DNA of 61,790 bases, the filler included, from Sanchytrium tribonematis (Eukaryota), in NCBI GenBank assembly GCA_018985235.1. It is 9 parts of 9 records of this genome, joined end to end, with 100 filler letters (N's around TTAATTAATTAA, not from the genome) between each part and the next. Parts side by side here need not be neighbours in the genome. Positions count along the whole stretch, not along the records: positions 23,069 to 27,570 come from JADGIG010000715.1; positions 27,671 to 32,170 come from JADGIG010000716.1; positions 32,271 to 36,763 come from JADGIG010000717.1; 6 more parts are not named here. One strand, given 5' to 3'. The notes below the pieces were generated by a model. The model ran no database searches. It saw nothing but the letters and a program-made list of their open reading frames with translations, and was not told the origin of the DNA. The position numbers were made by a program, and so were the translations under genes. Shown here piece after piece: positions 23,142-33,167 of this stretch. The first letter of the stretch is position 1; every line of letters starts with the position of its first letter.

Positions 23142-25295
23142 TTAATTTTTATTTACTTTTTTTTTCTTTTTGATAGGATTTGTGTAAGGATTAACACCTA
23201 TGATTTCTAATATGTTTGTCAAGGAACGGCTCATAGTGACGGAGGATTTTTGAAATACAGTTTTTTGGCTCCTTTTATCATTAACTAAAACAGAAAGTGT
23301 ATTTAAAAATTCTTTTCTTAATTGTTGTATATTCAAGAATATGTTTCGATCTATATTTGCTAAATGACCAAAATATTCCAACGAAAAGCAATTAACAAGT
23401 GTTAGTATACCACAACTATGACCATCTTGCTGTTTAACAGCATCCAGGATTATAATTTCAGATTCGTAATCCGGAAATAATTCAAAAAAACTCATAATCG
23501 CCTCTTCGTCAGAACCTCCCAAAGAGTCTGCAATCGAAGCTCTAATGGTGTTATTTTCAAGTGTAAATTTTGCGCAAAACCAATGATTAGTAGTAAATAT
23601 CATAGCTGTTATTGGAAGTTCCAAAAAATTAAGCATTTGTTGACTACTTAGCTCACTGCTTAAGCTTTCTAGAGCCTGTACTATTTGTCTCAAGTCTATC
23701 GGGTACAATGTAAATCTGCTTAATTTTTGTCTTGATTGTGCGAGTTGCTGATAAAAGAATTCTAGCATTAAGCCCATGCAAATTTCATTTAAATATAAGG
23801 CAGAATCATTATACGTGGAACTACTACTATTTAATCTAAGGCAATTAAAGTCCTCCTCTTTTAAACCTTGTGTTAATATATTGATACAATATTCTCTCTT
23901 TAAATGGTCTTTTGATTTGCTGACATTTGGTTTTTCTTTCCTTATAAATGTGACACTCGATGTACTTGAGTGGTTGCCAATGGAGGATGATTTTCCATAG
24001 TCATCTTCAGATGTCTTGAGGTTGGATTCCGTATGAATTTTCAAATGATTCTGGACATTTCTTTGCTTGAGATACAGGTCTTTCAAATAAACTACAAATA
24101 AATCACTTTGATCTTTTGAATATATATCTAGTGCTTTAAAACACTCAACAAGTGGTCTCTGCACACCAAAAATATCATTTAAAATTTTGTAAGCTTTTTT
24201 AGATTCCAAATCACTCAGTAATCTAACATCTTCTACATTCCTACTTAACAAATTTTTGGAACATACTGATAAATAGCTGCTAATTAGTCTGGGGTCATTG
24301 GCCTCAGTATTGAAACAAATTTCAAACTTTTGCTTGTATTCTAAAAATGTTTTAGAATATTGTCTTGCAATCACTTTGAAATGATATCTCAGAGTAAGAT
24401 CGTCAATACGAGATATAAAAGAAGTTAAAATGGGGTAGAATGTCTCATTCGGCAATAGGATACTTGAAATCACGACAAACTGATTATTGATATTACTTAA
24501 TAAATAGGTTTGGAAACCCATACATTGGTTCTTAGATACCAGATTCTCCATGCTTTCCGACTGATGCGTTATATTGAAGTATTGTGACTTTCCATTTGAA
24601 ACAACATCAAAATGGCATTTTTTTAGATGGCTGGTATCTCGACTATACGTCATCAATTCATCGACAGTTGAAGTATAAGTTATACTAAGACAATCCTTTA
24701 CAACACAAAGATCACTCGGAGGTCCAGAACTGAGTCCCAAAGTATCGACAAAACAAATTTCATGACCATGTGGATTTGGAATAAACAGAATGCCATATAA
24801 TCGATTTCTAAATACTTTAAGAAAGCACAACAAAGCAAAATTGCACTTTACATATGTCATATAATGACCGCAATCTGGCAAAGGGCATTCAATATTATTG
24901 AAAGATTCTAAGTTTTCAATTGAGACATTGGATTCTGCCAATTTGATACTTTGACAATTGCTGCATTCATAGTGTGACGCACACAAAGATGTACTATGAT
25001 GATGGTAATTATTTTCAGAGCTCAAATATGCGTTAAGGTCAGAATTATCCAAATAAACATACGATTGCGGATAATTCATTTTGGAGAATTCCAGATATCT
25101 TTCATTTAAAACCTGATTATCAGGACTCTCGTAATCATGTAGCAAGTAGAACTTTAGCACTTTATTCGGTCTTTTAAATTGGAATGCCATTGAAGCGTTC
25201 TTTTGATAATTCTCCCAGCTCAGAATAGTAGAAGCAACGCTAATCTTTGTATTATATCTAATGTATTCCGGTGACAGCGGGTTTGATATTGACAT
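23142..25295 (-). CDS. Probable transposon-derived protein: GCM/WRKY-like Zn domain, degenerate MULE-like segment and C-terminal Ulp1 (C48) cysteine protease
   Basis: Protease motifs NHWF, ADSLG and QQDGHSCG are clear. The N-terminal C..C..C..CP..C..C..HGH pattern and the VISSILLPNET segment are weaker. Confidence 0.65.
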   Translation of the reverse strand: MSISNPLSPEYIRYNTKISVASTILSWENYQKNASMAFQFKRPNKVLKFYLLHDYESPDNQVLNERYLEFSKMNYPQSYVYLDNSDLNAYLSSENNYHHHSTSLCASHYECSNCQSIKLAESNVSIENLESFNNIECPLPDCGHYMTYVKCNFALLCFLKVFRNRLYGILFIPNPHGHEICFVDTLGLSSGPPSDLCVVKDCLSITYTSTVDELMTYSRDTSHLKKCHFDVVSNGKSQYFNITHQSESMENLVSKNQCMGFQTYLLSNINNQFVVISSILLPNETFYPILTSFISRIDDLTLRYHFKVIARQYSKTFLEYKQKFEICFNTEANDPRLISSYLSVCSKNLLSRNVEDVRLLSDLESKKAYKILNDIFGVQRPLVECFKALDIYSKDQSDLFVVYLKDLYLKQRNVQNHLKIHTESNLKTSEDDYGKSSSIGNHSSTSSVTFIRKEKPNVSKSKDHLKREYCINILTQGLKEEDFNCLRLNSSSSTYNDSALYLNEICMGLMLEFFYQQLAQSRQKLSRFTLYPIDLRQIVQALESLSSELSSQQMLNFLELPITAMIFTTNHWFCAKFTLENNTIRASIADSLGGSDEEAIMSFFELFPDYESEIIILDAVKQQDGHSCGILTLVNCFSLEYFGHLANIDRNIFLNIQQLRKEFLNTLSVLVNDKRSQKTVFQKSSVTMSRSLTNILEIIGVNPYTNPIKKKKKVNKN

Positions 25296-25346
25296 GTTTT
25301 ACTGAAGAAACAGGGGTAAAATCAAATTTAAAAAAGTCTTTATTAA

Positions 25347-26393
25347 TTAATCCATATAATCATTTGATGTGGCAGATTCAGGCTGTAAAATCCCATCTTC
25401 TGATACTTCATTTGTTTGGCTTTCAATAAGATTTTCCTCATCGACATTGAGCCATGGATCGCTACTTCTTGGAATATAGTCAAATGTGTCCCATTCGCAA
25501 TTATCCCAGTCATAGTTATTAGATTTTTGGATATAATGTGTCAATATGTTAACAGACTCATTTTTTAGAAACGGTGGCAAATCACCACGTGGATCGTATC
25601 TGTATCTTCCAAATACACCTTCACTTTCACCATACAGCATCATTTTTAGTTTAGAAATGTCAACATGAGGAAATTTAATAGTGGAAATTTGGTCAATAAA
25701 AATCATCAATTTTGCGATATCGATGTAATTTTCTTTATATTCTGAATTTAGTAGACCATCAACCACCACATCATAATATTTTGCAACTTGATTAAACACG
25801 TTGCATTTTAATGTTTTGTAGTACATATATGAATTTTTTGAAAAAGCCCGATCCACTTCATCATGTAGTGCATTGACTGGATCGTCTAATAGTGCTAACG
25901 GGTCCCTGCTATTCAATACAAATGAGTCATCATCTGCATACGAGCTTGTTTCACTCTCATCTTCCGCTATATTTGGAGACGCTTCTTTCTTGTCTTCAAA
26001 ACAACCCAATTCTTCGCTAAGTTTTGTAAGAAATTTTAAAAGTTTTTTTGGATTTTCTTTGCGCTCAGGTTTTATTGGTTCTAAGAATAAATCCAAGTTT
26101 TCACTTAAGTTTTTCCAAAATTGATTATCAAAAGTTCTTAAAGTACTTCGAGTTAGATTGATTATTTTTAAATAGTTAACTTCTAATTTTCTATTAAAAA
26201 GTTCATTTACCATTATCGAATCTTGCATCACTTTGTTTCTTAAATATGAAGCTCTAAAATCAGGAAAGAAGTAGAACTCTCTCTCTAAGTGAAATTGAGT
26301 GAGGTCCTTGGTGCTCTTCATGCGGTATAAGTATTTTTTATCATAATCTTCAGAACAAGATGATAAAGGCGATCTCTTTACTTCTAATTTCAT
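25347..26393 (-). CDS. Hypothetical acidic protein
   Basis: 348-aa ATG ORF; no recognised motif. Confidence 0.6.
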   Translation of the reverse strand: MKLEVKRSPLSSCSEDYDKKYLYRMKSTKDLTQFHLEREFYFFPDFRASYLRNKVMQDSIMVNELFNRKLEVNYLKIINLTRSTLRTFDNQFWKNLSENLDLFLEPIKPERKENPKKLLKFLTKLSEELGCFEDKKEASPNIAEDESETSSYADDDSFVLNSRDPLALLDDPVNALHDEVDRAFSKNSYMYYKTLKCNVFNQVAKYYDVVVDGLLNSEYKENYIDIAKLMIFIDQISTIKFPHVDISKLKMMLYGESEGVFGRYRYDPRGDLPPFLKNESVNILTHYIQKSNNYDWDNCEWDTFDYIPRSSDPWLNVDEENLIESQTNEVSEDGILQPESATSNDYMD

Positions 26394-26522
26394 GTTTCAG
26401 TTCTTCTCCGAAAGATGTGCGAAAACTTTAAGTTCACGTACTATTAAACAATCTTCACTTAGACTCGAATTTTAGTCCTCGTTAGCCCACATTTTTATTC
26501 ATTCTGTTTCCCCTTGCAACCG

Positions 26523-27506
26523 ATGTCAATTATTACAAACTCAATCAGTGATCCAAACACATGGGCATCATTTTATAAGCATGGCTATATTCATTTAAAA
26601 CAAGTATTATCAAACCAGATAATAAGTAAAATTAATAAAAGTATTGAAAAATGTGAAGAAAATGTACTAAAAACGAATCCCATATCAGAATTTACTGAGA
26701 TTTTTAGTCATTTTCAACAAGCTAAAAGAAGCAAAAGCACAGTAGGTACAATGGAGCAGATAATTGATCATTATCGGCTTCAAGCAGAAATCAACATTAA
26801 GAAGTCCCCGTTTAATGTTCTTCACAAAGAAATTCAAAATCTCGTAGTTCAAAAATCGAAGCAATGGAAAATGAATTGGACATTGGTAGATTGGGTAGTT
26901 CTACAAAGTCGACCTGGTGGTCCGGAACAGATGCCTCATACCGATTTTATCTCACAGGAAATATTTGAGACTACATCGTTGGGGAGAATGCAGGCTAGTA
27001 TTTTAGTTGGTTTAATGGACTCCAAAATTATATTGTATCCCGGAAACTTCATTTATTACAATGATTGTGATCGATTTGAACTACAGTTTAAAAAAGGTGA
27101 TCTAGTGTTATTTCGTGGAGACTTAGTACATAGTGGTGCATCATATGACGAGATAAATTATCGCTTACATGCATATCTGACAGATTTGAAAATTGAGCAT
27201 TTTCAGAATTTGACCCAACCAGCTATTTTAAAGACTTATATCTGTGAGTTTTGCTTTGAATTTACTGGGTCCCACCATAATCTCGTATTACATTTTATTG
27301 ACTGCAAAGGAATTGTAAAATTAGAAGAAATCAAAAAACAAAAAGAAGATTTAAAACAAGATTCAAAACATAATATTTGCTGTGATTTTGAAAACTGTGA
27401 CTATATCGGGAAATCATTAAATAATTTAAGAGTCCATAAAACAAAAAAGCATCGCAAAAAACACAAATATGAAAAAAACAAAATTAAGTCAGGCGCGAAA
27501 CGTTGA
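26523..27506 (+). CDS. PhyH-like 2OG-Fe(II) dioxygenase with C-terminal zinc fingers and basic tail
   Basis: GYIHLKQV, QMPHTDF (HxD), GDLVHSGA (distal H), YRLH; CEFC..H..C and CDFENC..H..H; K-rich NLS-like end. Confidence 0.82.
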   Translation: MSIITNSISDPNTWASFYKHGYIHLKQVLSNQIISKINKSIEKCEENVLKTNPISEFTEIFSHFQQAKRSKSTVGTMEQIIDHYRLQAEINIKKSPFNVLHKEIQNLVVQKSKQWKMNWTLVDWVVLQSRPGGPEQMPHTDFISQEIFETTSLGRMQASILVGLMDSKIILYPGNFIYYNDCDRFELQFKKGDLVLFRGDLVHSGASYDEINYRLHAYLTDLKIEHFQNLTQPAILKTYICEFCFEFTGSHHNLVLHFIDCKGIVKLEEIKKQKEDLKQDSKHNICCDFENCDYIGKSLNNLRVHKTKKHRKKHKYEKNKIKSGAKR

Positions 27507-27670
27507 CTCGAATTGACACTTTAAAACACGGATGTGTTCAGTTGATTCTACCGCTCTACATAAAGAAATGNNNNNNNNNNNNNNNNNNNNNNNNNNNNNN
27601 NNNNNNNNNNNNNNTTAATTAATTAANNNNNNNNNNNNNNNNNNNNNNNNNNNNNNNNNNNNNNNNNNNN

Positions 27671-27928
27671 TTCAAATGGGTATCCTTTGAGAACAGGACA
27701 TTGTAAATAATTATCTTTTGGTGGTTGGATGACTATTTTGGAATGTTTATTGTTGGATTTACCAGCATAAAATGAAATCAAATCTTCATTTGGATCACAT
27801 TGTTTGGTCAATGAGTATAACCAGTGAGCAAAGAAGGTCACCAATAAAAATGTGAGAGCTATTTTGATGTTGTTTGGTTTAGATTGTTTGAAAATTGGGA
27901 GATTTGATTTTGATTTGGATGAATACAT
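27671..27928 (-). CDS. N-terminus of a type II membrane protein (truncated)
   Basis: Single TM IALTFLLVTFFAHWLY after a short basic N-terminus. Confidence 0.55.
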
Positions 27929-28076
27929 GTTGTTTCAAGGAGTAAAAACGAGGAAAAACACATGTGTGACGACGTGTTGATGGGATCTTGGCCTGTTGGA
28001 ATGAATAAATGCTATAAACTTAATTTTGATTCTAATGTTACTAATTTTTAAAACACGTCAAATTGACCCTTAAAAC

Positions 28077-29972
28077 ATGTACAAACCATTAGATCGCTCT
28101 TACGAACTTGAAATGTTTAAAAGAACAGTGGAATATGGAAATTCTTGCAAAGAAAGAACAAAATCAAAGGGAGATGCATTTATTGCGACAAATCATGGCA
28201 TTCCTGTTAAATCTTGCAAGGAGTATGAAAATTATTCTCCGATTACGTTGAAAGAAATGAAATTGAATCATGTTCACGAGAAAAAGATTTTGGTTTGCCA
28301 AACAATTACTCACCCAGATAAGAGAGTTTCAATCATGGCAATTGTTGAAGATAATGATGCAAATGTGGCACTTTTGGCACTTTACAACTATAAAAGCGGT
28401 GTTTCTGAGCATCAATCTCTTCCAATTGGCTCTATTATTGGAATTAAAAATCCTTTCTTAAAAGAATTTGTTTCTGGTCAAATAGGAATTCGGGTTGATA
28501 ATCCAGATACTATACTCGAATTATCACCAAATGACCCATTACTGATTTCAGTGAATTGGGATCGACCGTTTTTAGGCCCAATATTAAATGCAGAGAATTT
28601 CAAAGAAAGGGGAAACCTGGAATTCAAAAATGGCAAATTTGAAGCTGCTGCTGATCTTTATAGCAAGGGATTAGATCTGGAGCCAACTCATTTTAATCTA
28701 AAATCTAATAGATCAATGGCATACACGAAATCGGGTATGTTGGGTCTTGCAGAATTAGATTTGTTGGATTTATTAAAAATTGACGGTGCTCACATTAAAT
28801 CATTTTTAAGATTGATTGACATATACTATAAGATGCAAAAATATGATAAATCATTGCAGTATATTGCCCTGCTAGATGAGGTGTCTCCAAATCACAAAGA
28901 AGTAAAAAATTATAGGCTCAAAATTCCAATCAGAATAAAGGAACAAGAGCTTGGAGAATATGATTTTAATGCAATGTATTTAGAATCTATAGAGGAGCTG
29001 GCTTCCATGAATCTAGACCACGCGAATTATGAAAACAATATCGAAATCAAAACATCCAAATTTGGCAAAGGATTATTCGCCACGGCTGATATTTCTATTG
29101 GTTCACTCATTTTAGTTTCCAAAGCCATCTCATACTCAAAGAGAAGCAAAGATTTTGTAGAAATATCTGTCCAACAAGATAATAGACTCAGTTTAGGGGA
29201 TAGTTTGGCAAATTCACAAGAATTATTTCGAAAATCACGGGATCCATTCATTAAACAACAGATCTGTCTATTGACTGGTAAAAATCAAAGGTACAAGATT
29301 GAAGAATTGAACAAAGATGCAGTTTTTGATATAGCAGAGACAAATGCATTTCACTTGAACCAGACGAGTGGCGTCTTTATTTATCCATCTTTTATCAACC
29401 ATTCCTGCATTCCAAACACATTTAGATTCTTTTTGGGTGATTTTATGATTATTCGAGCACAGCGCAACATCAAACAGGGAGAAGAATTATTCAATTTGTA
29501 TGCTCCAAGTGATGGTTCTTTAGAAATGAGAAGAAAAGTATTCAAAACATTCTCATTTGAATGCACATGTGAATTATGCCAATTGGACGACAGACTGGTG
29601 AAATTTGACTTTAAAAACAACAAATTAAAGAAATGGCTAAAAAATCAACTAAACAAAGATCACAGCGAATCAGAGACAGATGCTTTGCGGCTGAAATTAA
29701 TCGCTATTTATAGCAAACAAACTACCATTGATGCGAGTCAAATGTTGAAATTATTACGACCAACACCCACGAAAATTCTACATCAGGTATTTTATTCGGG
29801 TTTGATGGAGGAAATAGGTGATAGAGAATGGATTGATAAGGTTTACTACAAAGGAGTCTCTATTGAGCAGATTGTCAAAAATGTCAGATTGAATGACGAA
29901 AAAGATCTGAGAGCTTATTTAAACTCGAAATCAGAAGTGGAGGCAGCCCGTGGCATCAAGCTTAATCAATAA
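28077..29972 (+). CDS. TPR- and SET-domain protein
   Basis: FKERGNLEFK TPRs; GKGLFATADI, FINHSCIPN, GEELF..Y and post-SET FECTCELC. Confidence 0.9.
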   Translation: MYKPLDRSYELEMFKRTVEYGNSCKERTKSKGDAFIATNHGIPVKSCKEYENYSPITLKEMKLNHVHEKKILVCQTITHPDKRVSIMAIVEDNDANVALLALYNYKSGVSEHQSLPIGSIIGIKNPFLKEFVSGQIGIRVDNPDTILELSPNDPLLISVNWDRPFLGPILNAENFKERGNLEFKNGKFEAAADLYSKGLDLEPTHFNLKSNRSMAYTKSGMLGLAELDLLDLLKIDGAHIKSFLRLIDIYYKMQKYDKSLQYIALLDEVSPNHKEVKNYRLKIPIRIKEQELGEYDFNAMYLESIEELASMNLDHANYENNIEIKTSKFGKGLFATADISIGSLILVSKAISYSKRSKDFVEISVQQDNRLSLGDSLANSQELFRKSRDPFIKQQICLLTGKNQRYKIEELNKDAVFDIAETNAFHLNQTSGVFIYPSFINHSCIPNTFRFFLGDFMIIRAQRNIKQGEELFNLYAPSDGSLEMRRKVFKTFSFECTCELCQLDDRLVKFDFKNNKLKKWLKNQLNKDHSESETDALRLKLIAIYSKQTTIDASQMLKLLRPTPTKILHQVFYSGLMEEIGDREWIDKVYYKGVSIEQIVKNVRLNDEKDLRAYLNSKSEVEAARGIKLNQ

Positions 29973-30071
29973 ATGACTCTTTAAATCACGATCTAAAAGG
30001 CTAAACAGGCCAATTATTGCAATTTAGAGGATTTCATATTTACTCGTTATTTTTTGAAACATCATTTTAAA

Positions 30072-31439
30072 ATGTCACTCAAAGGATTGACCAAAGCCAT
30101 GAACAGATTGCCCCAACATCTAAAAGAAAAGACAGGTAATACATCAGATATCACATCTGATTCAGATTACACATTAATCTTAAATGCTTTCAGAGTATTT
30201 GAATCTTCCATCCAAAATGTGCATTTGAGTGGAAATAAATACGCTAAACAACTCCAAATCATGTTGGAACAACTATGTGACTACTGTGAACACATTGAAG
30301 ATGTTCTACGTGGTGATTTAGCAGGTACACCCGTCCAATCCTCTGAAAATGTCATGACTCCAGTTGAAATCACATCTGTGAAATCCTGTATTGAGGGTAT
30401 CAAAGTGCAAATTCAACCTCAATTAGATGAATTACTCAAAATCATCAATAAATTGGAGCAGGTCATCAAATTAAACCAAGGCATTGAGAAAACATTGATC
30501 AAACGAGACCACAAGCGAGTAGATTATGACAGATACAAGGTGGATGTTGTGGAAATGGATAAAAGAAAGGCTAACAACACATTTACAGTCAAGGAAGAAA
30601 AGAAATATCAAGAAGTTTCCAGTAAATTTAACACGGCTGAATATGAATATAACCAGATTCACAATGAATTAAAACAACAATTGCCAATGCTGATTCAACT
30701 AAAACCCACTCTAGTAGAGCCAGTCTTATTTCAAATGTTCCAAATCCAATCTCAATTATATTCTTTATTAGCCAACAATTTACCACAATCTTTGTGCCAG
30801 ACTCCTCTAGATCAATTATTAAGTGAAATTGAAAGTGCTGATGCCACGATTAGACAATTAGAGACTATTTCTGGCACTTCTCCAGCCAGTTTAGGACGAC
30901 AAAATAGTAAAAACAGCAAAAACAATTCAAATGAGAAATTACAACAATCTAGTGCCAGTTTACCCGCTGTTCAACCCATGAGACCACCTAGTGATGTGAG
31001 ACAGAATCCATTTGAAAGTCCTCCTAAATACGAGCAAGATTTACAGCAAGAATTAGCAGGCAGAAAACAATCATTAAATGGCCAACAAATTATGCCACAG
31101 GTGAATAAACCCACTCAACAACCCCCACAGCCAGTCCAATCTGCTCCACAGCCAATGCAGCAACCACAATATCCATCTGCTATGGGTGCTGCGCCAGTAG
31201 GTGCCAATCCATGGGCAACTCAACAAAAACCACCTACCATTGCCCCAAAACCACAATCTAATAATCTGACAGCCATTGCCCTATTTGATTTCCCAGGACA
31301 AGAACAAGGTGATTTATCATTCTCAAAAGGAGATTTAATCACAGTGATTGAAAAGACCAATTCTGTAGATGATTGGTGGAAGGGTAAAATTGGAAACAGA
31401 ACTGGCATGTTTCCTGCTAATTATTGCCAATTGAAATAA
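30072..31439 (+). CDS. RVS167: BAR-SH3 amphiphysin
   Basis: MSLKGLTKAMNRLP, KRDHKRVDYDR (BAR); ALFDF...DWWKG...GMFPANY (SH3). Confidence 0.88.
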   Translation: MSLKGLTKAMNRLPQHLKEKTGNTSDITSDSDYTLILNAFRVFESSIQNVHLSGNKYAKQLQIMLEQLCDYCEHIEDVLRGDLAGTPVQSSENVMTPVEITSVKSCIEGIKVQIQPQLDELLKIINKLEQVIKLNQGIEKTLIKRDHKRVDYDRYKVDVVEMDKRKANNTFTVKEEKKYQEVSSKFNTAEYEYNQIHNELKQQLPMLIQLKPTLVEPVLFQMFQIQSQLYSLLANNLPQSLCQTPLDQLLSEIESADATIRQLETISGTSPASLGRQNSKNSKNNSNEKLQQSSASLPAVQPMRPPSDVRQNPFESPPKYEQDLQQELAGRKQSLNGQQIMPQVNKPTQQPPQPVQSAPQPMQQPQYPSAMGAAPVGANPWATQQKPPTIAPKPQSNNLTAIALFDFPGQEQGDLSFSKGDLITVIEKTNSVDDWWKGKIGNRTGMFPANYCQLK

Positions 31440-31457
31440 ATTTATTTTAAAAATAAT

Positions 31458-32170
31458 TTATTCAAGATTTTCAAAGATATTGTTGCTTGCATAGCCATGC
31501 ACCATCACATCCCCATCATAAGTGGTTGTATAAATCATATTACTAGACACAGATACTGTCACATAGACAGATTTCTCAGATTTGAAGTAATTTTGATTTT
31601 GAGGTTTCAGCCAATCAAAACACTCATAGGGTCCTGCTTGTAATTTGATGCTGTGTGATGTATATTTGATGCCACAAATAGTACTGCCATAAAGAGACAT
31701 GGTCTGAAATAGTAAATCACTTGTCAATAATGTCCAATCTGAACTAGAATGATCAGAATTGGATAAATTAATGTAAAACACGCCAGATTCATTAGACATG
31801 AAAATATGTTTGTCAAATACACTAATAGACAAGAAATTACCATTAAATGACTGCCATTTGACATTGGATGAGTCTGGAATATCACTGGTTAAATCTAAAC
31901 AATTAATTTGATTTTGATTTGCTGCACACAATAATCCACCGTGTATACTGATTTGAATAATATCGAATGAGACAGGGAAGCGTGTCCAGTCTCCATTATC
32001 TTCAGAGGATCCACAATATATTGATTTAGAATCCCCATATTGCAGAAAACACAAATCTGTTCCATTTTGTGGATTTGGGTCCATTGTTAAGAATTGAGAC
32101 TTGACATAGGTCCAGTCTTTCTTCAAGTATGACCAATTGGAAGTCATCCGTGGACTACATTCAATCATAT
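31458..32170 (-). CDS. Hypothetical protein with tectonin-like beta-propeller repeats (5' probably truncated)
   Basis: Recurring W...ISI/ISV...LC units about 40 aa apart. Confidence 0.45.
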
Positions 32171-32270
32171 NNNNNNNNNNNNNNNNNNNNNNNNNNNNNN
32201 NNNNNNNNNNNNNNTTAATTAATTAANNNNNNNNNNNNNNNNNNNNNNNNNNNNNNNNNNNNNNNNNNNN

Positions 32271-33010
32271 CTGTATGCGATAAAATCTTTTTCAATTACT
32301 TCAGAGTCACTTTTTTCATTATATAAGCGATGATTCCAATGGTCCCAAACTACAAATTCTACACCAAATTTTTCCTTCAATTTGGATTTCAAAACTCCAA
32401 CCGTATCTGTTGCTGGAATTTTAATTTCATAGAGTTTGTCATGAAATACTAAGATTTCCATACTGGTAGGTATTGGAACAGAAACAAATTGAAAAGGGTC
32501 GTATGTAATTGAAATATGATTGCAATTTTGGCATTGGACTGTTCCTTTGAATTGCCCTCCAAATAAATCAAGAATTGCTGAATCGAATCTTTGTTTAGAC
32601 TTTTTCCATACAAGAACTGGGTCTGGATTCTGATCATTTTCATCAATTTCAATAAGCTCGGGATTCTTTTCAACAAAATTGGATTCTTCATGAAGTTCAT
32701 CAAGCAAAAAAACTAAAAGTTCGTGTGTGTCTTGTTGTCCATAACCACGAAATAACGAATTTCTATTTGCGACTAGAGATTTAATGTGACTTGGAGTAAA
32801 TGAAGAACTTTGACTCAGACTGTGACTTGCAAAAGCTGCCAGTGCATTTAAAAGATCTACCCTTTTAATTTTCTTCTGTTTGCCTTCAATTTCACCGAGG
32901 TAAAACTTTTCTATCAGATAACCTTTGATGAATAAATCACTGCTAATTATGCACTGCAAGGCCGAGTTCATAAAACAAGTATTACCAAGATTATTCAATC
33001 CAGCTGGCAT
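32271..33010 (-). CDS. Ubiquitin C-terminal hydrolase, USP4/15/Ubp12-like (truncated)
   Basis: Cys box GLNNLGNTCFMNSALQC; QQDTHELL; CQNC..TYDPF. Confidence 0.93.
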
Positions 33011-33167
33011 ATTCTAAATGTTGCAACGAGGAGAAATTTTGAAAAAAATAGCGGCCAAAAATACATGCTTAAAAGTGTTGCATTTGCTTTCAAAAAATAC
33101 CCAGCTCTTAAGTGTCGTTTTCAAACTCTACAATACAAAATTCCAATTCTCCTTAGTTTTGTATTTT

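Noticed and set aside
19154..25295. Ubl-bearing retroelement and Ulp1 protease as one cognate system
   Set aside because: They are on different contigs; the adjacency is an artefact. A functional link cannot be argued from this window.
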